This document shows positions 24,384-36,752 of a stretch of 64,000 nt of DNA, piece after piece (within the stretch, counting starts at the first letter, position 1; every line of letters starts with the position of its first letter). The translations under genes were made by a program, and so were the position numbers. Where the stretch lies: the IMG/VR virus record IMGVR_UViG_3300031992_004563, positions 137,798-201,797 of that record. The stretch is one strand, 5' to 3'. Source of the DNA: a virus (Duplodnaviria > Heunggongvirae > Uroviricota > Caudoviricetes). Below the pieces are notes generated by a model. The model saw nothing but the letters and a program-made list of their open reading frames with translations, was not told the origin of the DNA and did no database searches.

Positions 24384-24536
24384 ATGTGTATTTGGTATAT
24401 TTTATTAATTATTATCACCATTGTTTGTTTTATTATAGGCATAGCAGTTGGATTAGTAGGCTCTTTTGGTATGGGAGTTCTTTTATTATTGATTGGATTA
24501 GGCACTTGGATAATTTGGTTATGTAAATTTTCATAA
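24384..24536 (+). CDS. Two-TM micropeptide (50 aa, MCIW...)
   Basis: MCIWYILLIIITIVCFIIGIAVGLVGSFGMGVLLLLIGLGTWIIWLCKFS. Confidence 0.6.
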   Translation: MCIWYILLIIITIVCFIIGIAVGLVGSFGMGVLLLLIGLGTWIIWLCKFS

Positions 24537-24538
24537 TT

Positions 24539-24736
24539 ATGTGTATTAAAAATATATTTGAAATATTACTTTATATATCTGCATTTATTATTCTTTTTGG
24601 ATGCATATATTTTTCAAAGATGATAATTTGTATAGGGATTGGCTCTCTATTTTTATGCGCGTGTATATATGATTTTATAGATATTCATATAGAAAAACAT
24701 ATAAAATTAGAAACAAATAAAGAATAGAGGCTATAA
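24539..24736 (+). CDS. Two-TM micropeptide (MCIK...)
   Basis: ORF-track 24539..24727 extended through TAG to TAA. Confidence 0.6.
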
Positions 24737-24796
24737 TTTTTAGCTTCTATTTTTTATTTTGATAGAAATATATTATTTTTGTATCGTTAATTAAAA

Positions 24797-27700
24797 ATGA
24801 ATAATATGAATACAGAAAATCAAAAATTGCCATTTAATACTTATGTAGATCATAATGGCTATGTTATTCCTAAAAGCCCTATTGTAAAAAATACACCGGA
24901 AATTATTGAATGGCTTAAAAATAATACTGCTGGGTATAGTGATATGCCTGGCACTGGTAATTTGTACAAACCGGAAGATGAATGGGTTGAAATTGGTATT
25001 TCCACATCTCATGCAGGATATGTTTACAAATATTGCGCAACTATAAAAGATGAGAATTTTCAAAAGTTCCATAAAAATGCGCCATATGTTAAATTATTTG
25101 ATGATAATTTTGAAGCATTTAAAAAATATATGAATTGGGTTGCTAAAGTAAGCAATCGAAAATTTGCATGTCAATTTAAAAATAAAAATAAGTAATTATG
25201 GATGAAAATAAAATATTACATGCAGACGATTTAATGCTTGGTGATTGGGTAATGGTGAAAGAACGTAAAGGTGATTTCACTAAAGATTATCCAATTATGG
25301 TACATAGTGATACTATTATAGATGTTCTTGCTGGAAATTTGATAATTGAACCTATTAAATTAACAGATGAAATTCTTGAAAAAAATGGTTTTAATAAAAC
25401 CAGAGATTTGGGTAGTGGACATACCATAAAAGAAGGGCTTGAACTTGTTTTTGCTGGAATGTTTTCTATGCATTATTATGAATTTGTAGGAACTGATAAT
25501 ATGGATAGTGCGTGTACAGGTATTTATATTGATTATGTGCATGAACTACAGCATGTTTTAAAGCAGTGCGAAATTAAAAAGAATATTGTAATTTAACTTT
25601 ATTTTAAATAAAAATAATATGAATTTATCACAACAATTAAAAAGCCTTGCTGATAAAGTTGTTTATGCTGAAACAACAATGTCAGAGTATTATAAAATTG
25701 GAAGCATTACTGTTAGGGTGTCTGACCATATGTCATCTGATATGGATTGTGATCTTGCTGTTTTTGGGTCAAAAGATGCAAATGGGAAGCATTATGTTTA
25801 TACAGTAATTCCAATGGTTGGAACATTTAAAGAGGTTCAATGGTTTACTAATACAAATGCGGTAATTGAATTTATTACTCGGTTTGAAAGCATCGCAAGA
25901 TTGCTTATCAAATCACCTACACACAATAATAATCAAAGAGAGCGTCAGGAATTTAATGCAGCAAATAAAATTGTTATGGATTCTAGTGAACAACCTGCAA
26001 ATACATGTAAAAATCAAATAAAATTTGATCATTGGATGACAAAGCTTGCATCATTATATGCAGAAAAGGGTGGAGCATTAAAAAATATACTTAATGAAAT
26101 TTACCGTTTCTCTGGAAATGAGGAAACTTTAAAAGATATAATGAAAATTGTATGTCCAGTTTCACATGAACGAAAGAAATTATGTCTTGATGCAATGTTA
26201 GCAAGAATAAAAATGCAATAAATTATGTGCCCATATCTTAAAAATAAAATTAAATTTTGGCCTGTTTTAACGATACTTGGATGGGTTGGTCTGCTTATAG
26301 GTGGTATATTGGCACCATTTATAATTAACGCCTCTATAATAGTAGTAATAATAAGTACTGTCATTATATGGCTTGGTTTAATTACAATGTGTTTTGAATA
26401 AAATTTTAGAAATTATGATACATTCAGAAATTTATGAGGATGGTTTTGCGGAAGTTAAACCTCAAAAAACAAAAGAAAAGAAATCAAATAAAGTTATAGA
26501 GTTCTATATTAATGATAAGCTCTATAAGGCTGTGCCATATAATAAATGGGATGAAGAGTTTGAAAAGCTTAAAGCTCTTTTAAAAAGAAAAGGATATTTT
26601 GAACAATATGATGATCTTCCCGGATTTAAACACCCACATGAACACCCACATGTATGGATTAATTGGGATAAGTTTATTATTTTAATAACATGTTATAAAA
26701 TTAAAACTGGCCTTGTAGATAAACATGGTAATATTTTATATGAAGATGATATTGTAAAATATACTGATGACTGTTACACAATTGAATCATGTTTGTGTGG
26801 AAAACCATTCGATGAAGGCTATTATGTTCGTGAATATTTAACACATCAAGGTATGTGTAGCAGAGTAAGAGATACTGATATCACAGATGAAAATATAAAA
26901 AATATTACCAAATGTCGTGATGTTATTAATCTTCCTCGAAAACAATGGAAACAACCTGAAATGTTTGACATTAAAACACTTTAATAGTATGAAAAAACTT
27001 ATTGATAAATTTTGGATATTTTGGTCTAAGCTTAAAGCATGTTGTAGATTTTTATTTGAATCTAAAACAACAGGCTGGTTAGTTTTTTATGAAGTGATTA
27101 ATGAAAAAACTGGCGAAAAAACAATGACATACCAAACAGAGAAAACCGCTCCAGCTGGTGATATTTATAATCTTATGTATACTGGTTATATGCAAACAGC
27201 TAAAATTATTATTGAGCGTTTTCAAGAAGATTATCCAGAGGCAATTCAAAGTGTTTATGAACATATTGATAAAAGTTCTGCTATTACTGATTTTCTTAAA
27301 AATACTATGAAAGTTGCTAAAGGAAAGAACAGCCCACTTAAGAAAATGTCAAAAATTAAATAATATGGGTAAAACAAGCAAAAAAGAATTTCACAAAAAG
27401 ACTGATAAGTTTAAATCAAATAGATATTCTGGATGGGATCATTTCAAAATTATTCCATTTGGTTTAAATGGGTGGGATTGGTTTTATCAACGTCAAAGAG
27501 ACAAATTTGGTAATATTAGTGAACATGAAAGAGAAGATGTTTTATCAACTATAAATAAGTCATCAAAACGAATGAAAGATAAGCTTGAATTAAAGAAAGA
27601 AATAGATGAAATTAAAAATGATAATTAACTTCTATTTTTTAGTTTAAATAAAAAGTATTATTTTTGTATCGTTAATTTAAAATAAAAATACTTAGTATGA

Positions 27701-30700
27701 ATGTATTTTTCTTTGAAGACAAAACAAATGATTTAATTGGCAGTTATTATATGCCAACTAATTGGGAGTTTAAGGTTGGCCAAGTCATTAAATCATTTTG
27801 GGGGTGTGAATCAACTGTAACTAAAGTTGATATTGAAATGCAACTTGATGGTAATGACCTTATTGTTATTCAAAAGGTTTGGGTTGATCGTAAACGTATA
27901 TACAATTGTTAATCATTATGGGAAAGACATATTCTAAAAAACAAAAATGGATTGAGATACATGCTGAGCAAGGAAAGAAGGTATCTCGTTATCGTAAGCA
28001 TGGCTTGTTTAGCCTTGGTTATCAACCAGTTTATAATGATGTTAATGAAAAATTAACACGCCATCCAAATAAGAAGAGTAAAAAGTCAAGTCTTCGTACT
28101 GAATTACGCGAGGTAAATGGGCCATGTAGTTCATTGGCCAATTATAGAAATCAACTAGGTGAAATATGGGAACGTTCTTCACGTTTGAGATTGGCTAAAA
28201 GCACCGGGGTTGGTAGTCGTCGTGCAAAAATTAAAAAACACACGATGGATGAAATTAATAACTTTTTAATGGAGGAATAAGATATGAAAGCTATTAAAGA
28301 CAAAATCGTAATGAGTGATGCATATTATTTTGTATTAGCATATTTGAATGCAACAAATTTTGCACCTGTACAATGTCGTGGGCTTTGTAAGTTTGATAAA
28401 TTAACAGGACGTCCTATATTCAAAATGGATATGCTTGACTATGAAACATTTGGTGAACTTATGCACGATGGTATGAATTGGATGCTTAGTAAATCCCAGG
28501 ATTTGACATTAGAAAATATTGACAAATATAATTTGAAATAAGTTATGGAAACAACTGGATGCGTAAAAGATCCTTTTTACGAGGATAAATATAAGCAATT
28601 AAAAAATACTCTTTTTATTGGTGATGAAAATCATGGTGGTGGCATGAGTTTGGCTGATATGCAACTTGAACGCCTATTTGACGAAACACTTTCTGCTGAA
28701 GGTGTATTGCGCAGAATTGGCCAAAAGTATGATCAGCAACGTAATCTTATTAAGCAAGGTGGAATTTTCCCATTAAAAATTACAGAAAGTTCTTCATTTT
28801 CTAAAACTCATTATTTGCTAATTGATAATGATAATAAATTGAGAATTGGAGAATGGGATAAGGAGAAACACCAATTTTTTGAGATTAATGGCCATCAACC
28901 AATTGATAATTCATCAATTAAAGCCTTTTTCCCATCTGCAAACCCATGCAGTGGATGTGATTTTGGCATATCAATTATTGATATTTTATATAACATCTAA
29001 ATACTTTTAATTATGACATTAAGAGAATTAGTAAATAAGTATCCAAATGGTTTAGATTATGAAATTGTCGTTTCTGAAGATCGTATGATTTTAGAAAATA
29101 AACCAATAAAAGGAACTGTATTTGGTATGCGCGATAACAAAATGAAAATATATTTAATATATTAATATCAAAATGGAGTATAAATAAAGCTTCTATTTTT
29201 TAATTTAAATAAAAAGTATTAATTTTGCATTGTCAATTAAAAAATTACTAATTTAAAATTGGGAGATTTTAATATGAAATTGAATTTTGAAACAAATTAT
29301 AGCATTGGAGATCGAGTGCTTGTAAACTGTGTTGCTATGGGTGATGGACAAACTCATCATCACGATAGTAATATGATATCTTTATTCCATAAGGGAGATA
29401 TCCTACAATCCGAAAAAGGCACAATTGAATCTATCATTGTTTTCATGGGCAGTGATGGTCGACTTAAAGTACGATATGGTATTGAGTTGGATAACTATAT
29501 GTATGATAATGAATATCATATTGAAACTGGTGGCATGTATCAAATTGAACGCAAACTTCAAATTCAGAAGATGACAATTGGAATTGAAGTTTAATTAAAT
29601 TATAAAATTATGACAGTACAAGAGTTAATCAATAAGTTAAATTCTATTGATGACAAGTCAAAGGAAGTTTCATTTTCTTATGATTTTGGAACTAATGAAA
29701 TGGGTGATCCATTTGATGTAACAAATGTAACAGAAGCAATGGATTGTGTAATAATTAGTTAATAAAGGAGAATAAAATTATGACACTTGAAGACATTAAA
29801 AATGCAGGTTATCGAGTTTTCGGAGCCTATGGAGTAGATTATCGAGATTTTTCTCATATGCATCAAATTTATGATGGCTATGCATATCATGGAATTATTG
29901 AAGTAGATGGAAAGAAAAAGTTCTTCCGTGTAACTTTGGTCGAGGATTGCCCTCTTTATAATGTTCGTATTCGAATCAAAACTATTGATGATCTTAAAGC
30001 CGCCCTTAAGGAATATTTTCCAGTAGACAGTAGTAACATCCATTATTACGATATGTATAATGTGCAAATCCGTGATATCTATCGTGTTGATTCCTTTGTA
30101 TATGGAATTATTAAAGAATACGGATTTAAACCGGGTAGTGGATATGGATTTGACGAGCATGTTATATCATATCAACGTCAAATCGGAAATAAGAAAAACT
30201 TGCATTTGGATGTAGATACCAAAAACTTTAAATTGCGTGCAAGTTTTGGTGAGTTTTCTTGGACTGAAGCTGATTTCAAAATGTGGGATGTAGAATCTGT
30301 AAAGGATGCATTGTCTCAAGTGATGATGGTTCCTGTTTTGACAGAGGTTGGTTCAGGATTTGATTTGCTTGTAAAGATGCCTGTGTCATCTAAGACTGCA
30401 AAAATTAATTCAGCTGATAGTGGATTGCTTTCTGTATTTGGTGCAAAACCTGATGATATTCGAGCAAAGCTTGAATCTGCAAAGGCAAATATTGAGAAAC
30501 TTTTAGCAACACTTTAATTTAATATAATTATGGAAACTAATATTTTATATTATGTAGGTGCCATTTTGTGGGCAACAGTAATTTGCTTGTTAATTTTTTA
30601 AATTCATTAAAGTATGATTTATGTAATTCCATCGCCTCTAGTAGATAAAGAGGAAATTAATCTTAAACAAAAAACCCGTGGATTTGTAGAGGTAAATGCT

Positions 30701-31003
30701 CCACATTTCTGGTATTTGCATGGTGTACTTCAAGACAAGTTTAATTTTGATGGTGCATATATGTTTGTAGACTATGGAACATCAAAAACAGAAACTGTTC
30801 AAACCACTGATAATCATTTATATTTGGCACCAGGCATTCATGATGTAGTTGTTGAAGGATATGATAATCCTTGCAAAGCATATATGTGGCATCGTCAAGA
30901 AGGAACATATACAATTATGCGAGGTGTTGTAATTGATCCATCAGTTAAAGATGATCTTGAATATGCTGAAAAACTATATAGTGAAAAACCTGTGGCTTTT
31001 TAA
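24797..31003 (+). other. Cluster of ~17 small early-type genes; includes YopX-like 26415..26984, MC-start micropeptide 26225..26401 and basic MGKT.. proteins 27365..27628 and 27918..28280
   Basis: Downstream of three copies of the 42-bp promoter; no TAG-broken frames seen; TGLVDKHGNILYEDDIV is YopX-like. Confidence 0.75.
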
Positions 31004-31055
31004 ACAATACTGAAATTTTTACGTATAAATAATATGTAAAACTAACTGAAAAATA

Positions 31056-32408
31056 ATGGAATATTTGCATAATTTGACAAAAGGCAGTGGTAAAGGCAAG
31101 GTTGGCGCAATAATTGGCATAACCTCGCCTATATCATTTACTAAAATGGGTATTAAAAACGCCGGTATGAAAACCTACAAAGACTATCTTGAGCAATATG
31201 TAGGTTATGATAAGGTATATATTATAAGTTCATCTATTGCAAAAAAGAAAATTAATACAGAATATTTTGATGAAGATGCTATTGTATTTGGAATTGATAC
31301 ACCAAATCTTTTTAATGATTTAAAAATTGATGATATTTTCTGTAAACAACATGTACTAATTTTCTTTGGTGGTGTTCTTGATGATTTTTATTTTTCTATT
31401 TGTAATAGATTAGTTGAATGGTATAAAGAACATGGTGATGGACATTATTATACCATTCAGGATGACCCAGATTTCATTACTATTGACCCTGCAATAATGG
31501 TAGAGGCTAGATTATATAAATCAGAAGATCAAAAGCCCAAACCATACAAATATAATAGATTTACAAAGGATGCAATTCTTTATACAGAATATCAAGAAAC
31601 TGGTTTATTGCATCAATGTTTTAATAACACCATTGTAGCACATTGCGGAAATGATTATCCACGTTTTTATGAAGCACGAAATAAAATTAAATTTGGCTCA
31701 CCAAATATTGTGACAGAACCAAAATATTGGTGTAAGTTTAATGTTTACAATTGGCAAGGTGTAAATTGTAATTTGGAAGACAAGTTTAAAAATTATGATT
31801 TGCCTCGTAAATATCAAAGTGAATATCATGGCTATATTAAACATGACGAATTCCGTGTTTCAAAAACACTTGCATTCTATAATGAATTAAATGGCCCAAT
31901 AAAAGTTATTGAAGCTAAAGGACATTTCTCTGATGAGTTTTTACATTGTGACAAATTTAAAGAGATAGAATATAATAAGCTTTTTGAGGAAATTTGCAAA
32001 GATTCGTATACATCATTTATCATTGCAAATCCTGCAACATTTGATGATTTCATAAGTCCTCGTTATTTTGATTTAATGCTCGCAGACATCATTCCATTTG
32101 TTTATTATGAGTATGATAGCAAAAAAGCATATACGAATGACGAGAAATTAAAAGAATTGATGTATGTAACTACACCACAAGATTTCAAAAATAAAGTGGA
32201 ATCTGTTATTAATAATCCTAATTATTTTAGACACATTAAATATTTGCAACGGAAATCAATATATGATAAATTTAATGATTATATGACAGATGCATCTAAA
32301 AAAATCTTTATAGACTATTTAGAAGCCAATAAAGAACTTGAACACTGGGATGGTAAAGAGATTTAGATTAAAACTGAAAAAGTTTATGAACAAACTGAAT
32401 TATTTTAA
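31056..32408 (+). CDS. T4 DNA beta-glucosyltransferase-like GT-B glycosyltransferase (450 aa with TAG read-through)
   Basis: LIFFGG, YHGYIKHDEFR, FIIANPATFDDFISPRYFDLMLADII..VYYEYD.KK..MYV are collinear with recalled T4 BGT motifs INFFGG, YGGSFRSGQR, LIIGDKNYNDNFITLRVWETMASD..IDEEFDTKH..FYV. Confidence 0.7.
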
Positions 32409-32413
32409 AAAAT

Positions 32414-32442
32414 AAAGGAGAATCAAATTTGATTCTCCTTTT
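32414..32442. terminator. Bidirectional terminator
   Basis: AAAGGAGAATCAAA-T-TTGATTCTCCTTTT between convergent genes. Confidence 0.8.
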
Positions 32443-32443
32443 C

Positions 32444-32704
32444 TTATTCTATAACATCTAAAGTTTTTTCTTCAATTTCTTTAAAATCAAAATTGCTAAA
32501 GATTTCTTTAAGTTTTTCAAATGCTTTATTAAAATTATTTTCTGTTGTATCTTCAATATCTTCATATTGTGCAGAACAATCTGCAAACATAATTGTCCAA
32601 CCATGTTGGCCTGCCTCAATCGTTACTTCACCATAATTATCACTTCTAAATGTTTTAATAATTTCAACTTCTGATGATGGCATCATTCCAAAAAATCTTT
32701 CCAT
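32444..32704 (-). CDS. Hypothetical protein (86 aa)
   Basis: ORF track; directly downstream of thymidine kinase. Confidence 0.7.
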   Translation of the reverse strand: MERFFGMMPSSEVEIIKTFRSDNYGEVTIEAGQHGWTIMFADCSAQYEDIEDTTENNFNKAFEKLKEIFSNFDFKEIEEKTLDVIE

Positions 32705-32710
32705 AATTTA

Positions 32711-33334
32711 TTATTTTTCCTATTTTTCTTGTTCCTTCATTTTCTCTTTATAACATCTTCTACAAATTGCTGTATATCTATCATCTCCACCAACTTCTAC
32801 AGTAGCACCTGAAATTGCAAGTTTTCCATCCTTTGTAAATCGTGCATTAACTAAATTTTTTCTTCCACATTCACATGTAGATTTAATTTCTTCTAATTTA
32901 TCTGCAATTTCAAATAATCGTTTTGAACCGGGAAATAAATGTGTTTTAAAATCGGTTCTTAATCCAAAACAATATACATCAATATCTAAATAATCTACAA
33001 TATCACTTAATTGATCCACTTGTTCTTCTGTTAAGAATTGTGCTTCATCAACTAACACCCATTTTATTTCTGGTGTATTTTTAGTCTCTTTAATATAGTT
33101 TATTACTTTAAAGTATATGTTGGTCTCGGGTGTCACGGAAATACATTCACGTTCAATTCCATTACCAATTCTTGATTTAATTGTTGTTGCACCATCTCTA
33201 GTGTCAATACTTGACTTAAATATTAGAAAATGTATATTTCGTTGCTCAAAATTATGAGCAGTAGTTAAAACCTAAAGTGATTTTCCAGACGCCATTGTTC
33301 CATAGCTAAACCGTAGTTTTGCGTGCATATTCAT
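32711..33334 (-). CDS. tdk: Thymidine kinase (207 aa, two TAG=Q)
   Basis: AKLRFSYGTMASGKSL*VL, IDTRDG..IKSRIG, LVDEAQFL, FGLRTDF, CECGRK, Y.AICRRC. Confidence 0.95.
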
Positions 33335-33415
33335 ATATTAATTTTTATTATTCTATAAAAATGATAATATAAAGTTTTTATGATAAATAATAAAAGTATA
33401 TTAATGTCTTAAATC

Positions 33416-35572
33416 ATGGTATATGATGATGTAGATAAAATAGAGAAATTGCAAAAATACTATTATGTATCAAAAGGCACACCATACTATTTAGCAGATA
33501 GAGTTGGTAAGTTATAGCCTATTACATTTTCAATTTCTTATGATGGTTCATAGTTTAAATTTACACCTGATAATTATGTAAAAGGCTTAGAAAAATTAGG
33601 CCCAATATTTACATAGTCATTAACTGATACAAGTTTATTAAGAGGGATTACACGAATAATGGCATTAGCTACATATTTTGCTGTTTAGTATTCTGCAATA
33701 TGTCATTCAAAAGGCACTAAAAATGCTATAAAAGATAAAGATTATAGATTTTATTTTTCTAGTGGAAAAGCCACAGATATAGTTACATATATTGACTATA
33801 CAAATAATATGGTCTTTCCAGATGATAAAAATTATGAACCAATTGCAGAATGTATATTTCCAAATGCAGATCGTGTTCCACCATATGTTGGATTTCATAG
33901 ATGTGCATGGATGCCAAAAGATGTTTTACCAATAAATTATGCCAATATAGAATATTGGGGGTATAAAGAAAAACAAAAAACTTTTAAGGATTTTTTTGAA
34001 GAATATTTAGCAATATTTAAAACAGAATTATCTGCAAAGCTAAAAGCTTTTAAAATTCATGAACAAATTGATATTCCAACCAAATTAGTTTTATATGGTA
34101 CATGTAATGGATTTGGGCAAGGAAAAGATAAATAGGGATTAATATCTATTTTATATATTGAAAATAAAACATCAGCATCTAAATATTTTGAATTCAAAGA
34201 AATGTGTAATGAAAAATTAGATGAATATTTAAAACCATTTAATTTAACACATGAAGATATTTTAAATTTAACATAGAAAGATATTGATGAAAAATATGAT
34301 ACTTATCAAAAAATTGATAAAATTGCAAGAAAATGTGGATATTTAAAAGACCCACGGGGTTTAAATGTTGGATATCATGAATATAATTATATTGAGTATA
34401 ATGATGAAATTGAATATAGTGGAAAATTTGGATTAAAACGTTGGGAGGGGATTAAAAGATATTATCCTGATTTATGGAAAGGCTTGAAATTAATTATGGA
34501 CCAATATATTAAGCTTGCAACCCAATATAATACATATGTTCAAAATGAATACAATGTTAGAATGGGTAAATTATCAGATTAGAGACTTGAATATCTAGCT
34601 AATAAAGATGATAATATAACTGAAAGAAATATTATTAAATATGTTAATAATGCTATTAAAGATTTAAAAACTATAAAGATTGATGATTATAGTGAATTGG
34701 TAGATACATTATAGGTTTTAAATCAAAATATTTTAGATGAAGTTAGTAAATTATATTAGCCATTTTATAAAGAATAGGTTAAACAATATAAATATGATCA
34801 TCCACGTGCAAGAAAAATGACTATTATATTTGATAACGATTTCTTTAAACAAAAATTTAGTTCAACATAGGAAATATTACAATATTAGCCATTTAATTTT
34901 AATTTTTTACCAAAAGAAATTAAAGATATTTTTGAGAATAAAGAATTATAGAATTTAAAACATTTATTAGAAAGATTTAAATTATCTATGAGGCCAAAAC
35001 CTACATTTTATGTTAATAATTAGTTTTTAAAAGTAAATAAAATTAATTCGCGTGGATTCTCAGAATATATAATAGAAGATATTCATAATGCTGATAATAC
35101 ATTAGAATTTGCATATGTTTCAAATGGCGGTATTGATGAAAATACGAAATATTTAATAGATAACGATATAAATAAGTTTTGTGAATCTAATCAATCTAGA
35201 GATTGCCAAAAAATATCAGTAGAAGATTTTAAATAGGTTATATGTGCATTTTTAAGTTCACCATTTAAATTTACAATTAAATGGAGATAGGTTTGGTTTG
35301 GATATAAACCAGAACTAATAACACCATTGTTTGATAATAAACCAAATAATGAAGCACATGTTAATTTTAGCAATTGGCGTTTTGATAGTGAAAGATCACT
35401 TGATGATATTATGACATCGCTTGATATGAGACACGATAATGATTCAATTGAACATTATTATGCACAATATTTTATTGTATGTGAATATGAAAATCCACAA
35501 TTAATAGTTAACAAACTTAAAGAAGTCGAATGCGTCAAAAATGCTATTAATAACATTTTTGAATAGCCTTAA
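33416..35572 (+). CDS. Large hypothetical protein (718 aa, many TAG)
   Basis: Frame open except for TAG codons from ATG 33416 to TAA; ATAAATA upstream. Confidence 0.8.
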
Positions 35573-35617
35573 AAAATCAAATAAATAATACAGAAATATA
35601 ATATAAAATATATAATT

Positions 35618-36721
35618 ATGATTAATAAATTAAAAGATTGTTAGAAAACAACATTAATAGGTCAATTACCTGATATTATTAATAGTAATAATGATGCAAT
35701 TGAAAATGAATTTAATTGGATTTTTGATTCATCATTAAATAGATTAACAAAATCTGTTTATTCACCAACAGGAAGTGTAAAAGCCCACTTTGGGGAATTT
35801 GTTAATTTGGCATGCGAATATCTTACTGTTAAAAATATTGATTCAATATAGGATAATATTCAAAGATCTACAGAAAATGTTATTAACAAAATACTTAACG
35901 TGTCAAGCATGCAAATTGTTATGGCAGCGTTAACCAATATTGCTAATAGCAGTTTTATTGATCCAACAGTTTATAATGTTTCTTCATTATGTGATATTTC
36001 AACATTAATAGTAAGTCATAATTTGTTAAATGATAGATTTTTTAATGAAGACGATTTTGGAACGACTTCATTTACACATGATGCTCAATCAATTGTTTAT
36101 AAAGAAGAAAATGGATATGTAACAGTTAGTGATTCATTAAATACTATAATTCCAAATGTAAAAATGCTAAATACTAGTGTTAATATATTAGAAAATGATT
36201 TAGCAAATCATGTAAGAAGATTAGATTCAAGTGTTAATATATTAGAAAATGAATTAGTAAATACAAATACAAGTGTTAATATATTAGAAAATGATTTAGC
36301 AAATCATGTAAGAAGATTAGATTCAAGTGTTAATGAATTAGATGCAAGTGTTAATATATTAGAAAATGAATTAGTAAATACAAATACAAGCGTTAATGAA
36401 TTATCTGATATTATTAATGTAATTAAAAACACACTTTAGATTTATAGAGTTGTATTAACACCAAAAGATGATAAAATTTATCCAGATACATCACTTAATT
36501 TAATATTAGCAAATGGCCAACCATTTGGTCCTAAATTATTTACACCTGAAGATTATATATTAGATGGTTCAACAATGACATTTACTGGATGGTTTGATGT
36601 AAGTAATAATGAATATAAAGATATTACAATAGTTCAATTATCAGATGATAATTTAGTGTTAAATGCTAGTTGGGCTGAAGTATCACCTTCTATGGCTTTA
36701 GGTGAATATACTACTGAATAA
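35618..36721 (+). CDS. Putative virion fibre: coiled-coil repeats plus C-terminal InlB-B-repeat-like domain (367 aa, TAG=Q)
   Basis: SVNILEN repeats; FTGWFD...DNLVLNASW. Confidence 0.7.
36170..36400 (+). repeat. Intragenic tandem repeats encoding heptads
   Basis: AGTGTTAATATATTAGAAAATGA recurs four times; NDLANHVRRLDSSVN and NELVNTNTSVN blocks are duplicated at DNA level. Confidence 0.85.
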
Positions 36722-36752
36722 TTTAAAAGAAAATTAATATAACAAATATATT

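Larger units (their letters stand above)
17131..24736 (+). other. Cluster of ~22 small co-oriented genes, mostly hypothetical
   Basis: Abutting ORFs after the AAAC-N17-TACAAT promoter; the only TAG noted is at the end of the last gene (24725), followed two codons later by TAA. Confidence 0.8.
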
